Virus record (IMG/VR): IMGVR_UViG_3300001199_000002
Coordinates: 48,062-112,061 of that record
DNA length: 64,000 nucleotides
Origin: a virus
Lineage: Duplodnaviria > Heunggongvirae > Uroviricota > Caudoviricetes
Direction: 5' to 3' (one strand)
Shown here: piece by piece, positions 39,545 to 49,001 of the stretch
Position numbering within the stretch: the stretch's first letter is position 1
How the letters are laid out: each line of letters begins with the position of its first letter
Notes under the pieces: generated by a model
Database searches by the model: none
Told to the model about the DNA's origin: nothing
The model's input: the letters and a program-made list of their open reading frames with translations, nothing else
Position numbers and translations under genes: made by a program

Positions 39545-40619
39545 AAACAAACTAACAAAGACGAAGCTAGAAGGCATTAGAAAGCAGGCGCACAAGAATA
39601 TGCGATTGCTACTAAAGCACATGGCTTTTAAGGGATCAGACTTTGGCGATAGAGTTGTTGGATGTTGCCCAATTCCACACAAGTCATCTGGTTCGCCAAA
39701 CGACAACAATAAGGCGTTTAGCTGGGACTTTACTCGCCAGATGTGGCAGTGCTTTACGCATAGGTGTCATACGATCTATGGCGCTGATGTCTTCGCATTG
39801 GTAAGAGCGCACAAGAACTGCGGCTTTAAGCAGGCGGTTGAGTGGGTGCTTGGAGTCCTAAACCAGGATATCGATGCAATTAAGGAGATTGATTCAGCCG
39901 AAGCTAAGGAGATTCAGAGTTTTATCCAGAAGAAATCCGAGCTTGTAAGACACAAACAAGCAGAGGACGATATGATGAAGCATCTTGCACCTAGTAAGTA
40001 TCTTCTCAATCGTGGCTTCTCACAGGCTGTTATCAACGAGTTTCGCGCTGGTGGAGAATGGCATAAGGCTGGAACCTACGGCGAGCGTCGTGCTATAGTT
40101 CCTATCTATGATCCTCTAGATGGTTATCTTATTGCATTCACATGTCGTCTACTAGATGATAGCGAAATCGAACAGTGGAGACCTAAGTGGTGTCACGCGC
40201 TTAATTTTGCTGATATCCGTAAGAAGTCTGTAGATAGAACAGATGAAGAGCGATTCCATGCATCGTCAGTTTTGTTTAACCTACATAGAGCTAAAGAGCA
40301 TATGGGTGAGGCAAAAACTATCATCCTAACAGAGGGTCCGCTCGATGTTATGAGGCTTTGGGAGGCTGGAATCAAGAATGCTGTGGCAATTTTAGGAACA
40401 GGATTCTCTAAACAGCACAAACTACTTCTTCATAAGGTGGGTTGTCAGCGTATCGTCTGCGTTCTAGATTCAGACGAGGCTGGTCAGAAGGCCACTGGTG
40501 GAGTTGAAAAAATGTGTAAGGGCTACTTCGACTACAGAACTTTGACGTTGCCAGATAGTAAAGATCCAGGAGAGATGGATCCGGCACAACTAAGACTAAT
40601 CTTCAAGGAATATCTATGA
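39528..40619 (+). CDS. dnaG: DnaG-type DNA primase
   Basis: CHC2-like Zn finger (CCPIPH...WQCFTHRC); TOPRIM IILTEGPLDV...AVAILGT...LDSDEAGQ. Confidence 0.9.
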   Translation: MTTIPENKLTKTKLEGIRKQAHKNMRLLLKHMAFKGSDFGDRVVGCCPIPHKSSGSPNDNNKAFSWDFTRQMWQCFTHRCHTIYGADVFALVRAHKNCGFKQAVEWVLGVLNQDIDAIKEIDSAEAKEIQSFIQKKSELVRHKQAEDDMMKHLAPSKYLLNRGFSQAVINEFRAGGEWHKAGTYGERRAIVPIYDPLDGYLIAFTCRLLDDSEIEQWRPKWCHALNFADIRKKSVDRTDEERFHASSVLFNLHRAKEHMGEAKTIILTEGPLDVMRLWEAGIKNAVAILGTGFSKQHKLLLHKVGCQRIVCVLDSDEAGQKATGGVEKMCKGYFDYRTLTLPDSKDPGEMDPAQLRLIFKEYL

Positions 40620-41356
40620 CAAAAACACAGTGGGTCATTTTTGATATGGATAATACTCTGATAAATACAGAGCCACTCTATGTCAATGCATCAAATCAGT
40701 TTGCCAAACTAATGGAGGAGTATGGCAGATGTGATCGTGAAGAGGTAAAGAGAGTTCAAAACAAAATTGATGCCGAACTCTTCACCCAATTCGGATATTC
40801 TACTGATCGTTTTGCTGAGTCATTCGAGCGCACTGTTCGTGAAATGTTGAGTATCGGTATCTATAGAAGCAATGACAACTTTAGAGAACTTCATAGAGAA
40901 GAGCTAATCAAGCTAGCTCGAAAAATCGCAATGTCGGTATTTGATCAGAAGTCAATCGAGTATTCATACTCAGCCGATGTTGTTAGAAAGATAGCAGAAG
41001 CTGGCTATAAGGTAGCGGTTATTACTGCTGGAGAAAGATGGGTTCAAATCAAGAGATTTGACGATCTAACTATACGCAATCTATTTCATGACTGCTGGGT
41101 TGTCCTAAGAAAGGATGAGCGCGTATTCTCTGATTTTTGCATCAAACATGATGTAGACATTCTAAATTCATGGATGATTGGCGATAGCCTCAAGAGCGAT
41201 ATCATTCCAGCTTCTAATATTGGACTGAATGCAATCCATCTACAAACATCAAATTGGGAATCCCGTGACGGAAAACTAAAGGTGCCACCTGGGGTGCCTA
41301 GTGTTCAGGATCTGTCGAAAGTCCCATCACTCATTCTAGGAATAAAGCATGCCTAA
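40616..41356 (+). CDS. HAD-superfamily hydrolase (nucleotidase-like)
   Basis: IFDMDNTL motif I; WMIGDSLKSDI motif IV. Confidence 0.9.
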   Translation: MTKTQWVIFDMDNTLINTEPLYVNASNQFAKLMEEYGRCDREEVKRVQNKIDAELFTQFGYSTDRFAESFERTVREMLSIGIYRSNDNFRELHREELIKLARKIAMSVFDQKSIEYSYSADVVRKIAEAGYKVAVITAGERWVQIKRFDDLTIRNLFHDCWVVLRKDERVFSDFCIKHDVDILNSWMIGDSLKSDIIPASNIGLNAIHLQTSNWESRDGKLKVPPGVPSVQDLSKVPSLILGIKHA

Positions 41357-42044
41357 GTTTATCACGCTAGCTGGAAGAAAACAGGTTGGTAAGGATACCA
41401 GCGCTCAGATAATCTCAAAAATCATAAAGAGTGAATATGATGGGATTGTTGCCATAGATGCCGATTACAATCCAAAGGAAGTTCACATCGTCCACTTCGC
41501 TGATGCACTTAAGGAAGCATGTGTCCTAATCTTTGGTATTGATCGCCAAGACATGGAAACCGAAGAGGGTAAGAAGAAGAAGACTGATATCGGATGGCCA
41601 CATCCTGTATTTGATACCGAAGGTGATGGTCCGCTTGGGCATCGCCCACCAGATGGTATCACATATCATGATCAAAATGGAAAACTGTATCCACCACAGA
41701 ACATGACGGTTCGAGAAGTTCTACAGTTTGTAGGCACCGATCTATTTCGTAATCAGATGGATCCAGACATTTGGGTCAAGTCTGTATTTAGACGCAAGTA
41801 TGGAGAGCGTGATATTGTGATCATCGCAGATGCCAGATTTCCCAATGAGTGTGCATTTGCAAAACAAAACGGACTTTTGGTCAAGATCGAAAGAGAGAAC
41901 GGTCTTGGTGGAGACATGCACATCTCCGAGCGAGCATTGGACAACTACACCGATTACGATTTTGTTGTAGACAATAACTCTGATCTAGTTGTTCTCAGAG
42001 AGAAGTGGGTCGAAATCCTTCGAGGACAAAAGATCATTGCATGA
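41349..42044 (+). CDS. Deoxynucleoside monophosphate kinase
   Basis: LAGRKQVGKDT, HFADALKE, TVREVLQFVGTDLFR, IIADARFPNE, HISERAL. Confidence 0.85.
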   Translation: MPKFITLAGRKQVGKDTSAQIISKIIKSEYDGIVAIDADYNPKEVHIVHFADALKEACVLIFGIDRQDMETEEGKKKKTDIGWPHPVFDTEGDGPLGHRPPDGITYHDQNGKLYPPQNMTVREVLQFVGTDLFRNQMDPDIWVKSVFRRKYGERDIVIIADARFPNECAFAKQNGLLVKIERENGLGGDMHISERALDNYTDYDFVVDNNSDLVVLREKWVEILRGQKIIA

Positions 42045-43009
42045 GAATTACGACAGTCAGTCCGTCGCGGCTCAAAACCGCAATGAAGTGTGATTTCAAA
42101 TACTTCCTAACTTACGAGTGGGGATGGGCTGACGAGCTATTTACCTACACATTCTCTAGCGATTTTGGTACAGCAGTCCATGCGACATTAGAGGAATATG
42201 CCAAGGCAAAGGGACAAATAGATGTAAAAGCTGAATACCTAAAGCAGCTTGGAATACATAACCCATTTCTGGAAGATATGATGAAAGCGCCCTCTCGGGC
42301 GCGTGCGTCTTACTTCGTTGATAAGGTGTGCCAAACCTGTCCGTTTTTCAATCCAGAAAATGCCAAATGTGGGTTAGTGAATAAGCATGTAGAGCACTTC
42401 GAGGGTTGTCCAAAAGGACTCTACGAAGATGGCCTAAAGATGATCAATACTGCAATTGCGCGCTATGACATCTATTTCCGCACTGGCATCAAGAGCGCGG
42501 AAAATCCAAACGGTAAGGTCATTGGTGTAGAACTCCCAGTTGGAATCTCGTGGGGAAAAGATCAAGATGGCGAAGACATCAAAATGAATGGCTTCATCGA
42601 TCTTGTGATTGAGTATGATCCAGAAACGATTATGATCGTTGACTATAAGACTGGATACTCAACCCCAACTCATGAAGAATTCATTGATGATTTGCAACCT
42701 AGAATGTATTCGTATTCTGCGAAAGTCATGTTTCCAGACTATAAGTTCATTTGGGTTCAGTTTGACTACTTCCGTGGTGTTCCACTGGAATATGCCTTCA
42801 CTCATAGCGACGACGAGAAAACAAGACAAGATGTTGTTGGTCTCTATAATCGTGTAAAGCAGGCTAGAAAAATCAAGCGCCGCGCGCAGGATCATTACTG
42901 CAAGCACTTGTGTAACAGACCACTTTGCGACCAGAAGTGGGCTGAGCTTCTACAAGGCATTGATGGTTCTAATCCTGCGAAAAAGGAGAAGCCAAAAGAA
43001 GATGACTGA
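42041..43009 (+). CDS. PD-(D/E)XK (RecB/AddB/Cas4-like) exonuclease
   Basis: SPSRL..AMKC, FGTAVHATLE, GFIDLV...IVDYKTG, QPRMY, C-terminal CKHLCNRPLC. Confidence 0.85.
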   Translation: MRITTVSPSRLKTAMKCDFKYFLTYEWGWADELFTYTFSSDFGTAVHATLEEYAKAKGQIDVKAEYLKQLGIHNPFLEDMMKAPSRARASYFVDKVCQTCPFFNPENAKCGLVNKHVEHFEGCPKGLYEDGLKMINTAIARYDIYFRTGIKSAENPNGKVIGVELPVGISWGKDQDGEDIKMNGFIDLVIEYDPETIMIVDYKTGYSTPTHEEFIDDLQPRMYSYSAKVMFPDYKFIWVQFDYFRGVPLEYAFTHSDDEKTRQDVVGLYNRVKQARKIKRRAQDHYCKHLCNRPLCDQKWAELLQGIDGSNPAKKEKPKEDD

Positions 43010-43391
43010 ACAAGTAGAAGATGAGCGTTGCAAGTACATGCACGGACAGCCAACGCTGAACGTGGAACAGCAATTTCGTCTCCTATTAAGGATGCTACGT
43101 GAGGATTTTCCTCCAGATCATCCAGTTAAAGTTCGCAGAGTCGCACTTCCTTCTAGTGGCCCTAAAGCATGTCAAGGAATGTGTGGATTGTCCAATAGTC
43201 ACAAGCCAAAAGCAGAACGGTATTTTAGTATACATCTACGTAAGTCAGATCCATGGACAACACAGCGAGATACGTTGATCCATGAATGGGCTCATGCTTT
43301 GACTTGGTTTCAACTTGGAGAAGGGAAGGATCATGGCGATGTGTTCGCTAGAAAATACGGTGTGCTATACAGAGCATACATAGAGGACTAG
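43002..43391 (+). CDS. HExxH metallopeptidase-like (SprT-like) protein
   Basis: DTLIHEWAHA...DHGDVF. Confidence 0.65.
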   Translation: MTEQVEDERCKYMHGQPTLNVEQQFRLLLRMLREDFPPDHPVKVRRVALPSSGPKACQGMCGLSNSHKPKAERYFSIHLRKSDPWTTQRDTLIHEWAHALTWFQLGEGKDHGDVFARKYGVLYRAYIED

Positions 43392-43802
43392 ATGCTTTAC
43401 AGCTTTTCTTGTAAGACATGTGGAAAAATGCACGAGTTGTCATTTCTAATGTCTCAGTATGACCAACATGTTCATAACGAGAATGATGAACTGGATGGAT
43501 GTCATCGTACAGAGCTTTGTGAGAAATGCAAGACGAAGACTTTGTATAGACACATAAGTGCAGATACAATGCCAATGGCTGGTGGCGGCACCAATGGTTA
43601 CATGAGTATGGATCGCTATTGGGCACAAAACCCTGGTGAAGTCCGTCGCAAAGAGGACGCACTAGCTAAGACACTCGCGCAGCGACATGCTGATCGAGTA
43701 ACGTCAAACATTGACAAACAACAACCGAGGCAAAGCCGTGACAAACGAAATGAAGGATATGGAAAAGGTCAAAGTGAGCGTAGGCTCAAGTCAGACGACT
43801 AA
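43392..43802 (+). CDS. Zinc-ribbon protein (FmdB-like)
   Basis: YSFSCKTCGKMHE...CEKC. Confidence 0.65.
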   Translation: MLYSFSCKTCGKMHELSFLMSQYDQHVHNENDELDGCHRTELCEKCKTKTLYRHISADTMPMAGGGTNGYMSMDRYWAQNPGEVRRKEDALAKTLAQRHADRVTSNIDKQQPRQSRDKRNEGYGKGQSERRLKSDD

Positions 43803-46800
43803 CGAGATTGTTCATCTACACAATCACTCAAGTCACTCGTTCCTAGACGGTCAGGCTGCTATCACCGACATGGTGAAGCGCGCGAAAGAACTAAAGCTCG
43901 ATACGTTGGCGCTCACTAACCATGGTAATATCTTTGGTTGGGTTGAGTTCTATAAGGAATGCAAAAAGGCTGGTATTAAGCCGATTCTTGGTTGTGAGTT
44001 TTATCTCACTGATGAGCACGATAAGAAAGATCGTCATGCACATCACCTAGTTGTACTTCCAGAGAACGATGTGGGGATGAATAATATCATCCGACTAACG
44101 ACCATCGCCAATAAGAAGTTTCACTACAAGCCACGTATTGATCTAGCGGATCTTGAGAAACACAGTGAAGGATTGATCGTTCTAACTGCATGTATGCACG
44201 GACCGATCTCCTACTGGTTGTTTGATAAGATGACCTGGGCTCAGGATGGCGAGGAATCACAACTAAAGGAAGCTGCTAACATTCCAGAGGCGTATCGTTA
44301 TGCGCGAGCGTTGATTCGAATCTTGGGGAATAAGCACTTGTTCTTTGAGGTTCAAGACGGTGGTATTCCAGAACAGAAGATCATCAACAAGCGCGTGCGC
44401 GAAATGGCAGCAGAGCTTGGAATCCAAACAGTCGCCACGCAAGATGCACACTACGTGCTAAAGGAAGACTCAAAGGCTCACAGCTTTCTAAAGGCAATGG
44501 CTTTTGGCAAATCGGCTGTAGAAGAGGGATCACATGGATTCTCAACAGAAGAATTCTATCTCAAGAATCGAGAGTTAGTTCTAAATGGAACTGATATCCT
44601 TCCAGAAGAAGTAGATCGGACAAGAGAAATCGCAGCTAGATGCAATGTTGGATTGAGTCTAGGACAAATGCGGTTGCCACAGTATCCAGGTGATGGCACC
44701 ATGTCATCTATGGATCAACTCAAGAAGAAATTGCGTGAGGGTTGGAAGCGTCGTGGTATCGATGTTTCAAAGCAAGAATACTCTGTGCGCGTCAATCATG
44801 AGCTAGTTGATATTGAATCCGCAGGACTTGCGGACTACTTCCTCATTGTGTCAGACATCACAGACTACTGCCGCACTAACAACATCACGCTTGGTCCATC
44901 AAGAGGATCAGCCGGTGGTTCGTTGGTTAGTTATCTACTGGGTATCACGCAGATTGACCCAATCCAGTATGGCTTGATCTGGGAGCGATTCTATAACGCT
45001 GGTCGTAAGGGCTCGATGCCAGATATCGATACAGACGTTGAGAAGAGTCGCCGTGACGAAGTGATTGCCTACATTCGCAAGCGTTTCGGCGATCAACGAG
45101 TTGCCCAGCTTGTCACTCTCTCTTCTCTAGGTGCCAAACAGGTTCTAAAGGACGTATTCCGCGTCGCAGGTATCGATGAAAACACCAAGAGTCTTATTTC
45201 AGGACTAATCCCAGCAAAGAACGATGACCACGCTTCAATCTCTTTGGAAGAAGCCATTGCTGCTGTTCCAAAGCTTAAGGAAATCTCTAGTGACACTAAG
45301 CCGATCAACATTGAACGCAATGGACGAATCATTAGAACAACTTCCTACAAAGAACTCTTCGACATTGCTGCAAGACTTGAAGGATGTTACAAAACGTCGG
45401 GCGTTCACGCTGCTGCTGTGGTTATTGCTGATCGTGATTTTGATCAAGCTGGCATCCCTCTAGTTAAGGGTGCTCACAAAGAAGAACTCATCTGTGGATG
45501 GGATATGGACGCTGTAGATGCGTTCGGACTACTTAAGGTAGATATTCTAGGTATCGCAACCTTGGACGTGCTGCGTACTGCACTGGAAATGGTAGAGAAG
45601 CGTCATGGTAAGAAGTTTGATCTTCTGAATCTACCACTACAAGACGCTAAGGTGTTTGATATGCTTGGGGAAGGCCATAACTGTGGCGTCTTCCAGCTAG
45701 AGTCTCAACTTGGTCGTGCGTGGTCAAAGAAATGCAAGCCTCGCACGGTTGAAGAGATCGGCGAGCTAGTTGCTATCATTCGTCCTGCGTGTTTGGATAC
45801 CGGCATGGCGGATACCTATGCTAAGATTAAGAGTGGTGAACAACAGCCAACTTATATTCATCCGATCCTTGAGCCAATTCTAAAACCAACCAAGGGTATC
45901 TTGCTCTATCAGGAGCAGGTAATGGAAATCTGTCAGAAGATTGCAGGTATGGACTTGAAGGAAGCTGATGCGGTTAGAAAGGTGATCGGCAAGAAGAAGC
46001 CAGAAGAGTTGCGTGAAAAGCAGAAGCAATTCATGGATGGTGCTTCAAAGTCTGTGCCGATTGAGATTGCAGAACAAATCTGGTCATGGATTGAGAAGCA
46101 GGCTGGATACGGCTTCAATAAGTCACACGCTGTAGGTTATGCGGTAATGGCATACTGGACTGCGTGGGTGAAGGCAAACTACTATACTGAGTTCCTATGC
46201 GCGAATCTAATCCACGCTAAGGATAAGGCAAATCAACAGAGAACTCCTCAGGATGTAATTGCATCCTTTGTGAATGATGGTAAGTTGTTCGGTGTAGATG
46301 TTGTTCCACCTAGACTAAGTAGTAGTCAGAACGATTTCTGCATCATCAACGATAGTACGATTTCTTTCGGATTCTCACACATTCGTGGTGTCGGCGATGC
46401 GGCTATGAAGGCTGTCGAAGCTTGTCGATCGGCGAAGACGTTTGAAGAATTCATTACGCTAGCAGCAGAAAGTAAGATGAAGCGTCCCGTGATCGATGCA
46501 TTCGTCGCTGCTGGTGTGTTGGATGAGTTCAATATTGCACGTCGCCTAATGCGCGCTCAGTATGCGCTAGTTGAGGGCATCACAGATAAGGAATACGAGA
46601 TGCTCGCTGATTACAAGGGATCGGTCGCCGAGAGAATCGCAGCAATCGCTGACGAGTCTACTGTAGAGGATCGCCGCAAGGCAAAGCAGAAGATGCCTAA
46701 CGTAAAGCGACGTGAGGTACTACGTAACCTAGTTGCAACATTCAACGCTGAGTCATATAGGGACTCGATCCCACAGATTTTACAGTGGGAGAAGTTCTTC

Positions 46801-47151
46801 TTGGGTGCTACTCTTTCTGGTAGTATGGCTGATCTTAACCGAGCAATGTCTGGCGCAAGACATACCTGTAAGCAGGTAGGTGCCAACGAACTCGGTGCTG
46901 GTGCTAACGTAGAACTATGTGTTGTGATTGAAGAAATGAGAGAGGTTGTTGTCAAGAAGGGTAAGACCCAGGGTCGCTCTATGGCATTCATCAATCTCAG
47001 TGACTCAACTTACGCACTTGAAGGCGCGTGTGCTTTCCCTGATACGCTAGATGTCATTAAATCTCTAGGTGCTCAGATTGGCGATGTCATATTCGTCAAC
47101 GGAAAGACTTCGGATCGTGGTTTAATCATTAACCGGGTGAGGCTTGTATGA
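43774..47151 (+). CDS. dnaE: DNA polymerase III alpha subunit (C-family)
   Basis: PHP domain (HLHNHSSHSFLDG, ALTNHGN, GIKPILGCE), RGSAGGSL, MPDIDTD, GFNKSHA, C-terminal OB fold. Start uncertain: ORF open from 43711; GTG 43774 chosen. Confidence 0.95.
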   Translation: MSVGSSQTTNEIVHLHNHSSHSFLDGQAAITDMVKRAKELKLDTLALTNHGNIFGWVEFYKECKKAGIKPILGCEFYLTDEHDKKDRHAHHLVVLPENDVGMNNIIRLTTIANKKFHYKPRIDLADLEKHSEGLIVLTACMHGPISYWLFDKMTWAQDGEESQLKEAANIPEAYRYARALIRILGNKHLFFEVQDGGIPEQKIINKRVREMAAELGIQTVATQDAHYVLKEDSKAHSFLKAMAFGKSAVEEGSHGFSTEEFYLKNRELVLNGTDILPEEVDRTREIAARCNVGLSLGQMRLPQYPGDGTMSSMDQLKKKLREGWKRRGIDVSKQEYSVRVNHELVDIESAGLADYFLIVSDITDYCRTNNITLGPSRGSAGGSLVSYLLGITQIDPIQYGLIWERFYNAGRKGSMPDIDTDVEKSRRDEVIAYIRKRFGDQRVAQLVTLSSLGAKQVLKDVFRVAGIDENTKSLISGLIPAKNDDHASISLEEAIAAVPKLKEISSDTKPINIERNGRIIRTTSYKELFDIAARLEGCYKTSGVHAAAVVIADRDFDQAGIPLVKGAHKEELICGWDMDAVDAFGLLKVDILGIATLDVLRTALEMVEKRHGKKFDLLNLPLQDAKVFDMLGEGHNCGVFQLESQLGRAWSKKCKPRTVEEIGELVAIIRPACLDTGMADTYAKIKSGEQQPTYIHPILEPILKPTKGILLYQEQVMEICQKIAGMDLKEADAVRKVIGKKKPEELREKQKQFMDGASKSVPIEIAEQIWSWIEKQAGYGFNKSHAVGYAVMAYWTAWVKANYYTEFLCANLIHAKDKANQQRTPQDVIASFVNDGKLFGVDVVPPRLSSSQNDFCIINDSTISFGFSHIRGVGDAAMKAVEACRSAKTFEEFITLAAESKMKRPVIDAFVAAGVLDEFNIARRLMRAQYALVEGITDKEYEMLADYKGSVAERIAAIADESTVEDRRKAKQKMPNVKRREVLRNLVATFNAESYRDSIPQILQWEKFFLGATLSGSMADLNRAMSGARHTCKQVGANELGAGANVELCVVIEEMREVVVKKGKTQGRSMAFINLSDSTYALEGACAFPDTLDVIKSLGAQIGDVIFVNGKTSDRGLIINRVRLV

Positions 47152-47360
47152 AGAAGATGGAATTTAAGGAAATGCGTATCCCAGATGATATTCTAGCTAA
47201 ACTTGAAGCAGGAGTTCAGGCTGGAACACCAATTACTCTTGGAGCGTCTGGTGTTTTTGAATGGCTAACTAAGCTTTCGGCATTAGAGGGTTGGCGACCA
47301 GTTTGGCAAGCATTCAATTTTCCATTTGTTGTACTTGAACGAGAAGTTGGAAAAAGCTGA
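47148..47360 (+). CDS. Hypothetical protein
   Basis: ATGA overlap; 70 aa. Confidence 0.65.
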   Translation: MKKMEFKEMRIPDDILAKLEAGVQAGTPITLGASGVFEWLTKLSALEGWRPVWQAFNFPFVVLEREVGKS

Positions 47361-47392
47361 CCGAAATAGCCACATAGCCACACATATAAAGC

Positions 47393-47896
47393 ATGGCTGA
47401 ACTAACAGTAACTCTGGATGGGGTGCATGGAGATGTGAAGATGAACCTCACGACTCCTAATGGTGTTCAAAACTTGAGGTTTAGATGGTATAAGGCAGAC
47501 GATGAGTCTACCGGCTTTACCTCAAACGTAACACAATCTCCTATTCCAGTCACAGAACTTGCTGCTGAGATGATGTTAAAGCTCATCGTGGCAAGCCTAA
47601 TCAAAGTAATGGACGTTACTCCTGGTAGCTTAAAGGTGTTCAATCATCTTGGCGAACAGCTAGACGACATTGAATTTATGCCTCCTACCTTTGATGGTAA
47701 GGAAGCAGAAATACAGAAATTTGTTGCTCAGCAAGACTCTTTGAAAAACTTGTACTCGGCGTATGAGGAAGAACAACAGCTAAATTCAGGGCTGCTTTCA
47801 GCCTGTGAACAAGCAGATGTTCTAGATGACTTTTTGAGTCTTGTTCAGTTTCAATTAACGAAGGTAGTGTTTACTTTTTCAACTCCAAAGGAGTAG
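47393..47896 (+). CDS. Hypothetical protein
   Basis: 167-aa acidic ORF. Confidence 0.65.
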   Translation: MAELTVTLDGVHGDVKMNLTTPNGVQNLRFRWYKADDESTGFTSNVTQSPIPVTELAAEMMLKLIVASLIKVMDVTPGSLKVFNHLGEQLDDIEFMPPTFDGKEAEIQKFVAQQDSLKNLYSAYEEEQQLNSGLLSACEQADVLDDFLSLVQFQLTKVVFTFSTPKE

Positions 47897-47900
47897 TAGT

Positions 47901-48365
47901 ATGGATAACGGTGTAGCATTTGTGACGGGTCGCCTTACTCGGGATCCTCAGTTCTTCGGTGAGGGCGAAAAGCGCCGTGTAGTATTCTCGATTGCGTTCA
48001 ATCGTGGTAAGGATGAGCGTCGTAAGACGACCTTCATCGACTGCATTGCGTGGGGTCGGCGTGCTGACATTCTGGAGAGTTTCCAGAAGGGATCAGGGGT
48101 ATCGGTAAGTGGAGATTTGGAGACCGATACTTGGGAAGACAAGGAGGGCAATAAGCAGAGCCGCCTTCGTTTGAACATCACCACTATTACTGCAACGACT
48201 TCTAATCGTCGTGACGCAGAAGGTGGTGAAGAGGGTGGTGAAGCTCAGCCAGCAGCGGCAGCGGCTGGTAAGGGTGCGGGTCGAGCACCAGCAGCTTCCG
48301 GCAAGGGTGCCCAGGGCGCTCGTGGCGGAAAGGGTGAGGGCGAAGAAGCCAACATCCCCTTCTGA
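47901..48365 (+). CDS. ssb: Single-stranded DNA-binding protein
   Basis: TGRLTRDP, FIDCIAWG, VSGDLETDTWEDKEG, flexible tail ending NIPF. Confidence 0.95.
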   Translation: MDNGVAFVTGRLTRDPQFFGEGEKRRVVFSIAFNRGKDERRKTTFIDCIAWGRRADILESFQKGSGVSVSGDLETDTWEDKEGNKQSRLRLNITTITATTSNRRDAEGGEEGGEAQPAAAAAGKGAGRAPAASGKGAQGARGGKGEGEEANIPF

Positions 48366-48371
48366 TCTACC

Positions 48372-49001
48372 ATGATTGACTCTCAGGAATCGCTTGAGAA
48401 ATTGTATGCGCGTCACAAGGGCCTAATAGGGTCTTTGATCAAGTCGATCGTAATCAACAACAAGTCAGTAGTATCTACTGCTGACCTACAGCAGGTTGGT
48501 GCGATGGCCTTGATTGTGGCGTTGAAGTCGTACGATTCGTCACTCGGTTCACTGAGTGCGTATGTGAGAAAGTGCATCAGAAACGCCCTACTGGAGGAAG
48601 CTAATTCCTTCAGTGGGGTTTTTACTGTAGACGAAAAACTTAGACGACAAGCTAATAAAGCATATCAAATGCGAAGAGAAGGTAAACCTGATCAAGTGAT
48701 CATGGAAACCTTAGGCATAAAGACAGAAGCCACATATCGATCATTACTCAACCTAGTTGAAAATAAGACAGTTGATATTGAACAAATAGAACATCTGGCC
48801 TCAATCTCTCTAGATGAAGAGAACATACTCCGAGTCCTTGATGATATTGGATTGTCAAAGATAGAGAGGCGTGTCGTTAGCCTACTAATGGGTCAGGCTA
48901 CCCTCGATCAAATCGAGCAAGAGACCGGACTCACAAGAAGCGAAATTACTAACATCAAAGTCGTTGTAAGTGACAAGATCACACATTGGGGAAGTTCATG
49001 A
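48372..49001 (+). CDS. Sigma-70 family RNA polymerase sigma factor
   Basis: Region 2-like ADLQQVGAMALIVALKSYDSSLGSLSAYVRKCIRNALLE; region 4-like LSKIERRVVSLL...TLDQIEQETGLTRSEI. Confidence 0.8.
   Translation: MIDSQESLEKLYARHKGLIGSLIKSIVINNKSVVSTADLQQVGAMALIVALKSYDSSLGSLSAYVRKCIRNALLEEANSFSGVFTVDEKLRRQANKAYQMRREGKPDQVIMETLGIKTEATYRSLLNLVENKTVDIEQIEHLASISLDEENILRVLDDIGLSKIERRVVSLLMGQATLDQIEQETGLTRSEITNIKVVVSDKITHWGSS

Noticed and set aside
42041-43009. CRISPR-Cas system suggested by the Cas4-like nuclease
   Set aside because: No repeat-spacer array or other cas genes seen; solo nucleases of this type are common in phage replication blocks.
43711-43773. DnaE start at TTG 43711 as given in the ORF track
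   Set aside because: It would overlap the upstream gene by about 90 nt and add non-conserved residues before the PHP HLHNH motif; a later start is more plausible.
38012-47151. Inteins or introns in helicase, primase or DnaE
   Set aside because: Lengths are ordinary, motifs are collinear, and no C...HN intein ends or internal endonuclease motifs were seen.
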